Shown here one piece after another: positions 1 through 12,075 of a stretch of 64,000 nucleotides of DNA (position 1 is the stretch's first letter; every line of letters begins with the position of its first letter). The stretch comes from Vicugna vicugna. Its lineage: Eukaryota. Position numbers and translations under genes: made by a program. The DNA lies in assembly GCA_013265495.1 (NCBI GenBank), contig MU058009.1, positions 994,001-1,058,000 of the forward strand, in the 5' to 3' direction. The notes beneath the pieces were generated by a model, which worked only from the letters and a program-made list of their open reading frames with translations, had not been told where the DNA came from and searched no databases.

Positions 1-1027
1 ATTACTCAGTTCCATACACCCTCATTTTCAAGCCTTCCAGAGCCTTACAGTCTTCTCCTCCCTCAGTTATGATGCAGAATCCCTGTCTTTGTAGCTGCTT
101 CAGTCTTTGATAGAATGCTAGATCCTGAGTTTACACCGCATACCATGGTTCGACTATGTAAAATTGTTGGTCATTTAAAACAAATATATCCCATTAATCT
201 TTACTTGGACTTTAACTGCTTTTATCTTATGAAAGAATATCATTTTATTTGTATGAAATAACTGGATATGGTGTCCCAGATAATCAAAGGCAGCAGATAT
301 GTTTTCCCACAACTGGAGTAACGAAAATGGAGCTATGGAAAGGAAAGCAATGAACTTTATTGAGCAATACAGAAGGTTACCTACACTTAGGGTGCTAACA
401 TCTTTGGCTTGTTATATGCCTACTGTCTCATGTGTTATTATTCCTGCTTCTCAGTGCTTGGCTTCTAAGGAAGAATCAAGTACATATAAATAGTAAGAGG
501 ATATTGGAATATTAGACAGGATCCATTAACGCTATCACATGGCTCAGGCAGGCCTCTTTTGCTGACTGTCTTCGGAGACCAGGAACTGGAATGGAGTCAC
601 AGACCTGGGAGGTGGGGGGAAGGGAGGCTGCATCCTAGACTTTGATCACTTTGCTTCAGAGCCGTGCAGCAGGAAGAGAGCTGACAGTAGTTCCCCCCTG
701 TGTCTCCTCTGTTCCCACAATGACTCTCTCTTACAAATATTTCCTCACCTGGTATGGACTGAAAGATGCCATGAATAGTTTAGCTGCAAATTTGAATCTT
801 AGTGATGATCTACCTGTGAACTCAATTTTTTTTTTTTGAATGGCAGTGAATTTGGACAACCCAAGGGATGAAGGTGTTTCTTTGCTAATTGATGAGCTGT
901 TGGTCTTTACATTTCCCGGTGGCTTCCCTTTCTTATTCCTTTCCCAGAGGTTTCTCTACCCTATTAAATAAAGTGTGAGAGTTTTAGAGAGAAAAGACTG
1001 CTAAAGAAATTCTGTTAGTATAGGAAT

Positions 1028-1450
1028 GACAGGTTGGGTTTTCTGGGAAGCAGAGTGCAAGTCAGAAATTAGCATACAGGACTTTAATTAGGGAGCACTC
1101 TTGAGATCAACACCTGTGTAAGGTAGGCAAGGATGCAGGATTGGGTAGGGAGAAGAGTTGAGCTGTGATGCAGTCCCAGTTTCTCTCCCAGCAGACCCAT
1201 CAGCAGCTCTTGGATCTTGGAAGCCCAGTTGGGACAAGGGAAGGTGAGCTTTGTGTTCACTGATCAGTCCTTGAGCTCGGGATGTCTGAAAGGAGGTGTG
1301 ACTTTGGACAAGGAAGTTCTCTTTAGTCACACTGAGGCAGTCAAACAAGAGAGCTGATAGGTGAGGGCCCTTCTGCATGCATTCTTAGCAAATAGGAGAA
1401 TAAATTATTCCTGATGGGGGAGTCTGAGTGGCTCACTGTAGCATGTACAA
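1028..1450. mobile_element. Ancient ERVL-class solo LTR (LTR16/LTR33-like)
   Basis: Motif run 'ggttgggttttctgggaagcagag...gagcactcttgagatcaacacctgtg...gcaggattgggtagggagaagagttgagctgtgatgcagt' resembles the remembered ERVL LTR consensus; subfamily uncertain. Confidence 0.7.
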
Positions 1451-2189
1451 CCGTGGGTGGGGGAGTCCTCTCAGAAAGGCGCCTGAGCTATAGTCCACAT
1501 TTTAGAGTCCGTAACACCTTGAGAGAGATTCCTTTAGGAAGGACACATTGCTACTTGGTTCAGCTACAGCCTAAGACTTGCAGAGAACGTGGTCAAGGGG
1601 CTATGAGCCAATCAGATATGGTAAATGTGAGACGTCTTTTCTTTAAAGTCCAATTGAAGTTGGTAATCAAAAGACCAAAATCCAAAATGACTGAAGAACA
1701 CTGAACTTGTGGAATTATGTGAATTTGCTTCAGACCTTTTGAAATCTTGTTTGTGCGATTATTCCCTTAGTAATGATCTCCCCTCCATGGAAATGCAACC
1801 AACTCTGGCTGGCTTCATTCAGTGAGGTTCGTAATAAGAATCATTAGAATTCTTTTCATAGCTCGGAAACTCAGACTTTTCGCATACTCTGTGAACACCG
1901 TCATTAGGAGGGGTGAAGAAATGTAATTCTCACGCCAACAAGAAAATTTGATACTTGGTATAATTGTTTTAGTAAAATACAAGCAGGATTCTTATCAACA
2001 ACTTTGTCTTTGTATACTTGGTGACTCCTTGCGAGCCAATAGGGACAAAAAAGCACGTGTTACTTAATTTACCAAGGGCATCATGATGGCATATAAGAAA
2101 ATAATAATGTAATTCTAAATAGGTTTTGCTACTCCAAGATCTCGATGGGTGGTGATTCCACTATATAAAGGCGTAAAGGCATATGACTC

Positions 2190-2430
2190 GAGGCAGTATC
2201 TACAGGATGAAGAGCATCAATTTGTCATTAGGAGGACCTGGTTTTGAAGTGTTAGCTCTGCTTTTTATTATAGTGGTTTTAGATGACTCCTTCTCGCTTC
2301 AGTTTCCTCATCTGTAAAACAGATACTAAAATTTCACAAATTGTATCGAGAATTAAATATAATAATCATCTAGGCTTTCATAGAGTGCATAGTAATAATT
2401 CAGTACACATTAGCTATTATTTTTGTTATC
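2190..2430 (+). mobile_element. MIR SINE
   Basis: MIR core 'cttcagtttcctcatctgtaaaa' with degraded flanks. Confidence 0.75.
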
Positions 2431-5059
2431 ACTGAAGAATTTTGGATTCCTGTAAACAACTAAATACTGCAGACCAGCAAGCATGACTGAAGAACTAAGA
2501 AAGGTGGACGTGGAGGTTCCTATTGAGTCCTGGACATCTGGGCCGTTCTGAGATTGTCAAGAAGTTCTAAACTTCAGTTATTTTGGAGTTTAAACCATTA
2601 TTTTGAATAGTTCTAATTACCATTAGCTATTTGGGAGACTGGAGCTGTTTCTTTTGGGAAGATGACCTACTTACACTTATCTCAAGCCACTCATTTTTGT
2701 CTATTTTCTGTTATCACATTACTGAAAGAGAGCTCATGGGATAAGCTGCCTTAAGCTTCATTACCGGTGAAGTTTCATCAGTGAAAACCACCTGGAATGG
2801 TTATGCCAATTGACTTTTTCACGCCTACGTTTATTCTTTTCTTTCTTGCTTCCAAAAACAAATAATAAAACTTCATAAGTGGCTCTTATTCAAATATCTG
2901 TGCTTGATACAGTGGACAACGGTCTTCTATCTTGACCGTGTATAAGCTAATAATATGTCAGGACAGACTGCAGAAAGATCAGATATTTTGGCCTAACTAC
3001 ACATTGCACTCATTCAGGCAAGGAGAAATCCCCAAGCATCTAATTCAGTGTCAGATTTCTTGAGAAGGCGGTCAGTAGAGACTTGGTAACTAATTTGGAC
3101 AAATAGATGAAGCTGAATAAGTCACATTACTGAAACTTCATTCCAATTTCTTGAATCGTAATATTTGATGTTATTTATAAAGTATATGTAAATCATCAGA
3201 ATCTTTCCATTTTCAAGATTCCATTTCATAGATTATTTATGAATATCTTATTACAGAATCCCATTTATACCCCCATTAGATTTCTAGCTAGGCAATTACA
3301 CAGTTCATACTACTTTACATCTTACAGAATTTCACTGTGTATAAGTAAATGCACCCCCCTTTCCCTGGTGTCTATTTAAAGTAGTTTCTGGTTGGAAGAA
3401 GTGCCTGTCACCATAGGGGATAGAAGGCAGTGGGAGAAACAAGAGACAGGAAGAAGCTGTAAGTATTTTTGTCTGAGGAAGTCATAAATGGCAAAAAAAA
3501 AAAAGCAGTATCTAGGAAAAATAACAATTCCGTAGTTCTGAACAACTTCCCTACTATGGCTGAGGCTCTGCTGGGTACCAGAGATGGAATGACAAATGTC
3601 GCAGACATAGTGCTAACCTCGTCGTGTTGGAAGCATCTATGCCCGAGGCCTGATCATTGTCATGTTGTAATTTCTAAGAGGTTTATATCTCATACTCTTA
3701 TGCATTCGATGACAGCACGTGGTTTTCTATGTGTGGCCTGTGTTTACATCTGTGTGAGGTACACAGGTGGCTCTTACCTGCTTGACTTAGTGTAAGATTT
3801 CTGGCCTAGAGAGCACAAGGGGGATGTGAACTCCTATGAGATTTGACTAGCGTAACAGTAATGAGGCTGACTTTTTTTTCACATGGTTCTTGTCTTGTCT
3901 TCAAGGCAGAGACTAATGAGGAGGGCCAAGAATTGTTTGAGCGATGTCGGTGCCTATGAATAACTACATGACAAGAATTTGAGGGCCTTGGAGGATAAGA
4001 GCCTTCTCGGTGTGTAAGTTCAAAAGAATGTACCCAGAAGTATGTTATGTGATTTGTTAGTGAGACCTGTTTAACCAGAAAATCATGCCTAGTTTGCAGG
4101 GCAGTTCCACTTCTGTTCATGAGGTAACCAGCAGAACAGAGCTCCTGATTCCGCAATGCATGCCTTCAATGGAAGAACACGTACACATACATGTAAACCT
4201 TGGTTAATTTGCATCATATTTATACTTCATATAATCCATCCCATCTACTGTAGTCTGTGGGTGCCTATCGACAGCTGTTAATATGGATTAATTACATTGC
4301 ATTTTCATGAGTAAGACTGTTTGCAGTCCCTCAAGCCACCTCAGAGACACGGCCAATTTAGGATACTGTCTCCCCTGGGACGGACTGCACACAATCTTAT
4401 TTCAATTTTGAGGCGGTAGTTTTCAGTGAATCCCCAGTGAGGCCTTACTCATTCCTGACTAATGATGGTGTTGGGAAGTGACCCAGTTCTGAAGCTCTGA
4501 ACATCATTCCCTTGAGAATGCAGGCTCCGATCCAGAGTTCAGACGGAAAAATGATACCAAGATGGAGAGTTAACTTAGAGTTAGCTCCTCCAGATCGTCC
4601 TCTGTCACAGAAGATAATTTGTATTAAAGTCAGATTATTGCTTTTCAGGGTCAGAGCCGATCCTAGTCTTTATCCCTGAGGCATGAGATTAGAGCATATG
4701 CCTCTTTCACTGAGACGCTCATCCATGGGCACTGACGGACATCAAACCACAGTACAGTGCCCAAGTCTACAACTGACGACTTTATTGTGCTACAGTGCAA
4801 GTCATCTGAGAGACTTCAACGTACAGGAGGCTAGGTTTCAACTATTTTCAACAGACTATGTTAAATCTTTTGGGAGCGGAGTGGTAAACAAGGTCGGCCT
4901 TTACCTTACAATTTCAAGGAGGATGTGGATACTATGCATTCAGATAATCGTGATGACAGGCTGACCATGGTAAGTGTTAGGACGTGGTAGAGGTGTAAAC
5001 GCATTTTTTACATTAATTTCCTCCTTTCTGTTGCCATTATCATTCTCCTGTTTTGTAGA

Positions 5060-5700
5060 CGCCCTCCCTCTCTTCGCTGGACTCCCTCCCAACTCATTTG
5101 CTTGCTTCCAGTCTCACTATAAACCACCTTTCACATAGTCACTGGAGTATTTGTCCTCTTAAAACACACAGATACAGCCCTGTTGCCTCCCTACTTAGGA
5201 CTTCTCAATGGCTCCTCATTGCTTGTAGGATAAAAACCTAAACTTCTTTACATGGCTTGCCAGATCCTTTCCGATTTGTCACCTGCCTACCCATTCAGCC
5301 ATTTCTCCCTCCCTTTTTCCAGTGATTTGCATCCTCCGGCCACGCTGATCAGCTTGTCTTCCCACATCGTGCCTTTACACAAGCTGTGTCCTCTGCCCAG
5401 ATTGCCTTTGTTGCCCTTCTTTGTCATGTGAATTTTTAAACATTCTTTAAGTTCATCTCCAACAGCACTTGCTCATATTCCATGGCCTGAATTGGATGGG
5501 TGTGGAGCCCTATGCCTATCTCTACTAAATCCCTCAGCATTCTGCATTGTAGTCAGTGGTTTGTGAGTGGAACTATTGTTTAGGCTCTGGCACTAAGATC
5601 CTTGAGAAGATGAACCTGTCTCATTTATTTTCATGTGCCTCTGATTTAGCACTGTGCTTTGTGCACAGTAGGTACTCAGAGAAGTTTGCTGAGCAAATGA
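5060..5700 (+). mobile_element. L2 LINE 3' fragment
   Basis: 'cttctcaatggctcctcattgcttgtaggataaaaacctaaac' and L2 terminus 'gcacagtaggtactcagagaagtttgctgagcaaatga'. Confidence 0.75.
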
Positions 5701-6865
5701 GCAATACAAAGTGCAGTGGAAAGAGTGGTTCCCATGGACTGAGATCTTCAGGGAGGGCCAAAATACTTGGGCTGGTCCCTGAGAAGAAAGGATTTCAACA
5801 AACACAGTTGAGAGAAGGTAATTCCTCGAGGGGCATATGCCTTAGAGAAAGGACCCTAGTTTATGCTCTGCAAAATCTTGGAAGGAACTTTTGGAGCCTG
5901 GTGGTAGGTTGATTCATGAAAGGGCTTTTTGTTTTGTTTTGTTTTGTTTTTTGTGGCTGACCAAACTGATGCTGATTGTTTAGGTTCTTCAGGCGGCACT
6001 GACTCAGAGAACCTCCAGTGTGACTCAGGAAAGCCTGGCGAAGAGCAGACAGTCTGGGCTTCTTCAAACGCTGCCACTGAAGCAGCATGCGTTGCCCTCC
6101 CTGCCTGCAAAATCCCACTCCTTAGATGGAGCTGCAGTCCTGTTTCAGCTTCTATTCCCTTTCATCACTACTGTCCTTGGACTTTCTATCTAAAAGATAC
6201 AGCTTTTCTTCATCAAACGATTTGATTTCCAGTTGGATCTAAAATTATGATTAGATGGGTGAAAACAGCTGCTTAAACTGGCTGTTGGCTACAGAATTAG
6301 AGCTGATGCTGGAGAGAAGCCTTGTCATTAACTTCCTTTAAAAAAGAGAAAGATACAACACGGTTGTTGACTTCACATTTTCCCTGCAGGGAGTTGGCTG
6401 CTTTGGAATTTGGATTCTCAAGAGTCATTTCGAAGCATTTGCTTACAGGAGTCAGCCTGGAAATGTTGTGCTGTGGTTTCAGAAGCTGAGCAGTGACAGC
6501 TTTGATAATCCAAATAATGACTTGAGCAGTGTCTATTCAGATGGAGTAACGCAGGAGGCCGAAATACTACCTCGGTAATTCAACTCGTGTGGTAGACTAT
6601 CAGATGTTCTAGAATCCAAATTGTTTTTCCAGTCAATTTACAGGTTTATTTCCTGAAAGATCTAGAAAATTGCTTCTATTCTGAAATTCATAATAGCCAA
6701 AGTCATGAAAATACTATTTTACTAACAATGTAATTTGAGACTAACTACAGATTTAGATGATAGCTATGGAAGGTAAGCTTTTCTTCCTTTAAAATATTAA
6801 GTCAGTGGCACAGCATATAGCATCTTGGATACCATCAACTGTGGTGCTGAGAAATCACATGGCCA

Positions 6866-7011
6866 GGGGAAAGGAAAGAGAACAGAAAGAGAGAAAGAGA
6901 GGGAGGGAGGGAGGAAGGAAGGGAGGAAGAAAAAGAAAGAAAGAAGGAAAGAAAGGAAGAAAGGAGAAAGAAAGGAAGAAAGAAAGAGAGAAAGGAAGGA
7001 AGGGCAGAGAA
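6866..7011 (+). repeat. Polypurine low-complexity tract (GGAA/GAAA/GA mix)
   Basis: Almost exclusively A/G over about 145 bp; explains the K/R/E-rich ORFs at 6805 and 6825. Confidence 0.95.
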
Positions 7012-7594
7012 ATGGACAGTTTTATATCTCTTCTTTACAGATGATTTTCACTACCCCTAGAATGTCTTTATACTGATCCATGTTCATTTTTGCCGTCAAG
7101 ATATGGCACATTAATTCAGGCACCAAAGTACATTGAAGGCCTATATTAGACATGGAGGACTCGGATCATTCATTCACACATTCATTCAGTCACCAGCTTT
7201 ATCGTTCATCTGCCACGAACAGATATGTTTCCTGCTAACAAGAAAACTATAGCATGTAACAGAGAGAAAGAAGAAAGCCAGATTTACCAGCTGGAGGATC
7301 CAGATACTGTGCCAGGAATCTGATTTTATATGGTGACTCACAGGGGAGGATGCACATGCCTGTAACCATGTTGTTGAGGAAGGAATGGATGTCGAGAGGG
7401 GCTTCTGCAGGAAGCACCTGCAAATTGCCCATCCTGTTGAGAAACTCCACATAGATCTTGATCAGTGTTGTATTATTTGGAATGTATTAGCTTGCCCTTG
7501 CTGCTTGCATTATTCCCATACTACGGCTAAAGAGATAAAAGCGCAAACATGGCTGACCTGTTAATTCTTTCTAACTTACTTGTTACCTGGTATA

Positions 7595-7726
7595 CGACTT
7601 AGATTGAAGATGCCTCAGGGGTGGGGTCTATCTTTGTTTTCTTTCTGCTTTTTTACTTTTGAGGTCCCATAGGGCCCAGTAAGATTCTAGATTCAAAATA
7701 ATTTCTCCAAATTATTTATTGAATAA
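7595..7726 (+). mobile_element. L2 3'-end fragment
   Basis: 'ttagattgaagatgcctcagggg...tctttg' through 'attatttattgaataaa'. Confidence 0.5.
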
Positions 7727-7790
7727 ACCTTTGCATATATATACTTCCTTAGTTTCATAAACCTTTGCATATATATACTTTCTTAGTTTC
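7723..7790 (+). repeat. 34-bp tandem duplication (2 copies, 1 mismatch)
   Basis: ataaacctttgcatatatatactt[c/t]cttagtttc at 7723-7756 and 7757-7790. Confidence 0.97.
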
Positions 7791-8089
7791 AATCTCAGTT
7801 TTCTGAAAAATTGTTTCTATTTGCCACCTCATGGCAAAGTCGTTGAAGGTGAACTGAGTAAGGCTTGACAGCTACTTTCTGATACCCAGTCTTTCTGTCT
7901 CTAGGAATGCATCTTTCCCTGATGATTGGGGAAAAAAAAAAAAAACCAGCAACATTATCTAGTTCACTGGTACTTAGCCTCGCCCCATGGGGAATGTACA
8001 CAAAATTGTGCAAACACATTCACAGAGCTGAGACGCTCACTCTCCCTTCTGCCCCTGGGCCAGGATTTTATGGGCTCTCCTGATATAAG

Positions 8090-8325
8090 GTAAAGAACAA
8101 ATTGTATTGGAAATCAAGAAATGAGGGTTCGAGTCTGATTTTTGCCATTAACTAGTTGTCTGTCATTAGGTGTCACATAATAGCATTGCACTTACTTTCC
8201 TTTTCTCTGTAAATTGAGTGATAATAGTCCCCACCTCCTAGAGTTGTTGTTGATTAAACTGAGATAAAGTATGAGTGGATTCTTTGAGGAATAAAGAGCA
8301 CTAAATGTGTGTATTATTATTAGAC
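8090..8325 (+). mobile_element. MIR SINE
   Basis: 'gggttcgagtctg...ccattaactag...ctgtaaa...gataatagtccccacctcctagagttgttg...attaaactgagataa'. Confidence 0.7.
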
Positions 8326-11300
8326 ATACTAATAACAATAAAAATGAAGAATGATTTATGATATTACTGCAAAGTCGTTTGTTTAAAAAGGAAGCGGTCT
8401 AGTTGGAAATCTTCCCAGAAGAGCCACAGAAAATATGTTAGGGTCAGAAAAAAGACTGACCCTGATTTCAATTAATGAAACCACTAAGCTTTTAAGAAAT
8501 TTGAAATGGAATCTGATTGACTTATTTTTAACCATTATTGAATTACAAAAATATATACTCTTCGGGTGTTCTTAGAGGTAAATCATCAGAGTCCCAGGAA
8601 GTCAAATTCTTAGCATTTTTTTTTTAAATAGCATAGGTCTTTTCAAGATTTAACACGTCTGCTTAGAAACATTCTAACAGCGAATGTCAAAGCAAAGATT
8701 CACCACATTGCTTTACAGATCTTCTTTTCTCCTGATTTTCAATGCCAAATTGCTGCTGAAGATTGACAGATCCGGGAACTTAGTGGGTAGCTCTGATCCC
8801 CTGAGATTGCTTGACAATCACCCCAAGAGGCAGTTCCTCCCAGAGACATCAGTAAGCAGTCTGCTCTTCACACCCAGCAACGTACAGGACTAAAGGATTC
8901 AGAAATTTTGAAATGGAAGCGACTTGTGTATTTACTCTTCAAATAAAAAACATTCTCTAGTTAGGTGTCTGTCGTCTGCAAAATCTCCAAACCAGAAAAT
9001 AACGGACATGTGCATTTTCTTCTGTTTTTTCAGCTCCTTCCGTGTCTTCTTATTACCTCCCCCCTATTTAAGCTGAGCTTTGATCTATGATCTGTGATAA
9101 ACCTCCCTGAGCACTTGGTGGTAAACCTGCTCCAAAAGAAAACAGAATAACTCAGACTGAATGAGAATCCAGTCCAGCCCGCAATCCTTCTGGGCAAGAG
9201 AAATCCAACTGTACGTCCTTTCTGAATTCTGACGCGTTGCAGTAGCCCCAGAACAACAACAGAATTCGATAGGCAGATGCAGTGAGTTGAGAGATGAAGT
9301 GCACAGATAAGGATGCAGGCATGCAGTAACCACGTCCACTGATGTGAAGTCTCTCTATGTGAGCAGCTGCCCGCATTGGTTGGACACGGAGGCCCAGCTG
9401 TTGCGAGACAGAATTTCAGTAGGTAGAAAGGAGGTAATTGGATGCAGTAGGTAAAGGGACTGACTTGGTCATTTATCCAAGTGTGTAGTCCCCATTGGCA
9501 TCTCAGAGAATAAATGCCCAGAGACTCGGCTCTAGTCTGTATGCCCCATCCATCGACCTGTAATGAGATCTATGAATCATGTTTCTCTTGAAAGACAACC
9601 TGATCTGTCACCGCGTTTGACAGCTGTCGGTCACAGCAGCCGAGAGGGGCCCACGTTTGGGGCTATTCTGATATTTAGCAAATCCGATTCAACAACGAAC
9701 TCTCCATGGAAGTGCAGATGCAGATTGCAACTGCTCAATTGTATTAGAGTCCCACACAATTTGTTTTCCATTATTGCTCTGGTGAAGCTTTATTCCATTA
9801 AGAGGCATCAGAGTGGACTATTTTTAACCCTGAGAATTGACACTGCATACTAAGAGGTAATGAGCTTGGCTCAAACTGCAGTCTTTCTCCGTGAAACTCA
9901 TAGTGTTATCACTCCTCATTCCATACAGAAGGCAGGCCTCCAATGCTTCTGCCACAGTGTGTAATGGGAAAACCAAAAACCCTAGGGGTGTTGAGGCTGC
10001 CAAGAAATTGAAAATGGATCAAATACCATTACTTTGTCAAGAAGATATTTTTAAATTTATGTGGAGTAATAATATCTCTTTTTAGTGTCTTTCCTCTAGC
10101 AGAATCTCAGAGTATTTTATGAGCTGCATACAGCGTATGGGGAAATCACTTTGCCTGGTCAAGCCATGCAGCCATCTCTAGAAGAGTGGATGGCGGGTGA
10201 CAAGGGAAAGTCCAGGAGAAGTAATGCAATGTCCCCAAAGCGCTATGTCATGGGAAGATGTCCCTGGAATGGCCATAGCCCAAGGTTTTGTTTTCATTTT
10301 CTGTATGTTGGTTGTGCCACTAAAAAATTTATTCTGATACCTGCGGAGGATTTGGGATTTCTTTCTGGGAACAGTAGGTCTCTCCTCATCTTTTATGTGC
10401 CTCTTCAAAATCCCCTTTTGTACGTGGGGCTTAGTGACAGGCACAGGCTGGAGGAGATACCAAGATGCGGCCAGCTTCACTGGGAAGACTTTATATTTCC
10501 TTACAGGAAACACAGCGATCCTGTGGGAGAGACTGGGTAGAGCATTCTCCTTATTTTACACTTCTGGACGCTGCAGAACAGATACGTTCATCGGTCTCCT
10601 TTGGGGGACAAATGGCAGAGCTGGAACTTAAACTCAGATGGCCTGACTTTGAATCCTGTCCTCTGTCTGATTTAGTACATTGCTTCATAAGATATGCAAA
10701 GCTTGTAATTCCCAAAGTCTCTAAAATCTCTGGAGTCCAGTCCTTCCCCCATATGTAGCTCCCTTTCTGGAAACACATCCCCTCTGCCTCTGCTCAGTAC
10801 GGAGGCCGCCCAGGACCCTCAGCCACTGACACAGGCAGCCGTGACGGATGCTCGGTAGTCGCCACCCTGAGCAACCGGCCAGGCTCTCGGCACTTCCACC
10901 TGCGGGATTTTTCCTTGCCGCTCGATTAATTCGTCTTCTACCCTTGGTTGCTGAGTCCCGCTTTCAGCTCTTTGTTCTATTGTTCAACATCCCCAACTAT
11001 TTCTTTTCTTTTGAGCACTTCAAGTTAGCAACACAAGCCAAAATAGTTTTTTTTTTTCTTTCCCTCCAGAATGGACAGAACATGATATTATCTTTACAGT
11101 CAAGCAGTGTTCGAGAACCCACAGGAGGATGTCAGGGCCACAGGGCGTGCACCCCTCCTTGCGGGCTGACACCGGGCAGCACAGGTTGTGTCTCTTGAGT
11201 GCAGGACAAGCAGGTGCCCGTCACAAGATCCCTTCAAAATGTGGAGAAGTTACAGTCTGTCCTTTGGGAAATTATTTATGAAGAAATAGCTGGGCAGACA

Positions 11301-11624
11301 GACTAATACACCGGTGGCTGTGAAATACGCCCCCCTCCCAACCCCTGCTCTTATTTCTAAGAAATGTTTCTTCTACTCTAACTAGGAGGTTTAAATGAGA
11401 CCTGCAGTGTCCACTGGCCACAGTCTGGCACAGGGGTCCTTCTAGATTTATGCAGTTGGTCTGAGATCTGACATACACTTGAGCAATTACAGCCATTCTA
11501 CAGGATTTTGAACATAAGATCAGAAAAATGTGTTTTTCGGCTGTGAGTGTATGAACATGTGCACATGTGTGTGTGTGTGTCTGTTGACTCTGAAGCAGTA
11601 GACCCGACAGTTATTGGCGACCCC

Positions 11625-11730
11625 TAGGATATGAGCTCCACAGTGCAAGGATCTTTGTTTTATTCACTAATGTATCCTCAGTGCCCGTACAACGCCTGCC
11701 ATGTTGTTGAAAGAATAAATGAAGGAAGGA
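11625..11730 (+). mobile_element. L2 3' terminus
   Basis: 'gatatgagctcc...tttgttttattcactaatgtatcctcagtgccc...gttgttgaaagaataaatgaa'. Confidence 0.75.
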
Positions 11731-11859
11731 CTGCTTCCTGCTACGTGGAGAAAACTGACATGAAAGAATGAAGCTGATCTGGAGAGACAGGAATAGAGAC
11801 GGCAAAGGGATCGTCAGTGTTTGCCTGCCTACCTCTCTGCCTTCCCATCTCTGCTGCTG

Positions 11860-11950
11860 TCCTTCTCAGGGTCGAGAAAGCCAAGGGCTTCTTTTGATCT
11901 AAGCTGCTTTGAATTTGATTTCTATCACTTGCAACCAAAAGTGTCCTGAG
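11860..11950 (+). mobile_element. MaLR/ERVL LTR 3'-end fragment (MLT1-like)
   Basis: Terminal motif 'tttctatcacttgcaaccaaaagtgtcctga'. Confidence 0.5.
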
Positions 11951-11994
11951 TCACGTGTCTATATACTCTTACATGCAATTTAATCTAAATGCCA

Positions 11995-12075
11995 AACATA
12001 CGTATGTACGTATGTATTTATATATGTACATATGGATCTATCTATCCACGCATCTATCTACCTACCCATCTATGT
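11995..12075. repeat. Degenerate (TATG)/(TATC) low-complexity repeat
   Basis: 'catacgtatgtacgtatgtatttatatatgtacatatggatctatctatcc...tctatcta'. Confidence 0.7.

Noticed and set aside
6805..7076. K/R/E/G-rich ORFs
   Set aside because: They are translations of the polypurine low-complexity tract.
7723..7790. CRISPR-like repeat length (34 bp)
   Set aside because: Two abutting copies without spacers, in mammalian DNA with no cas genes.
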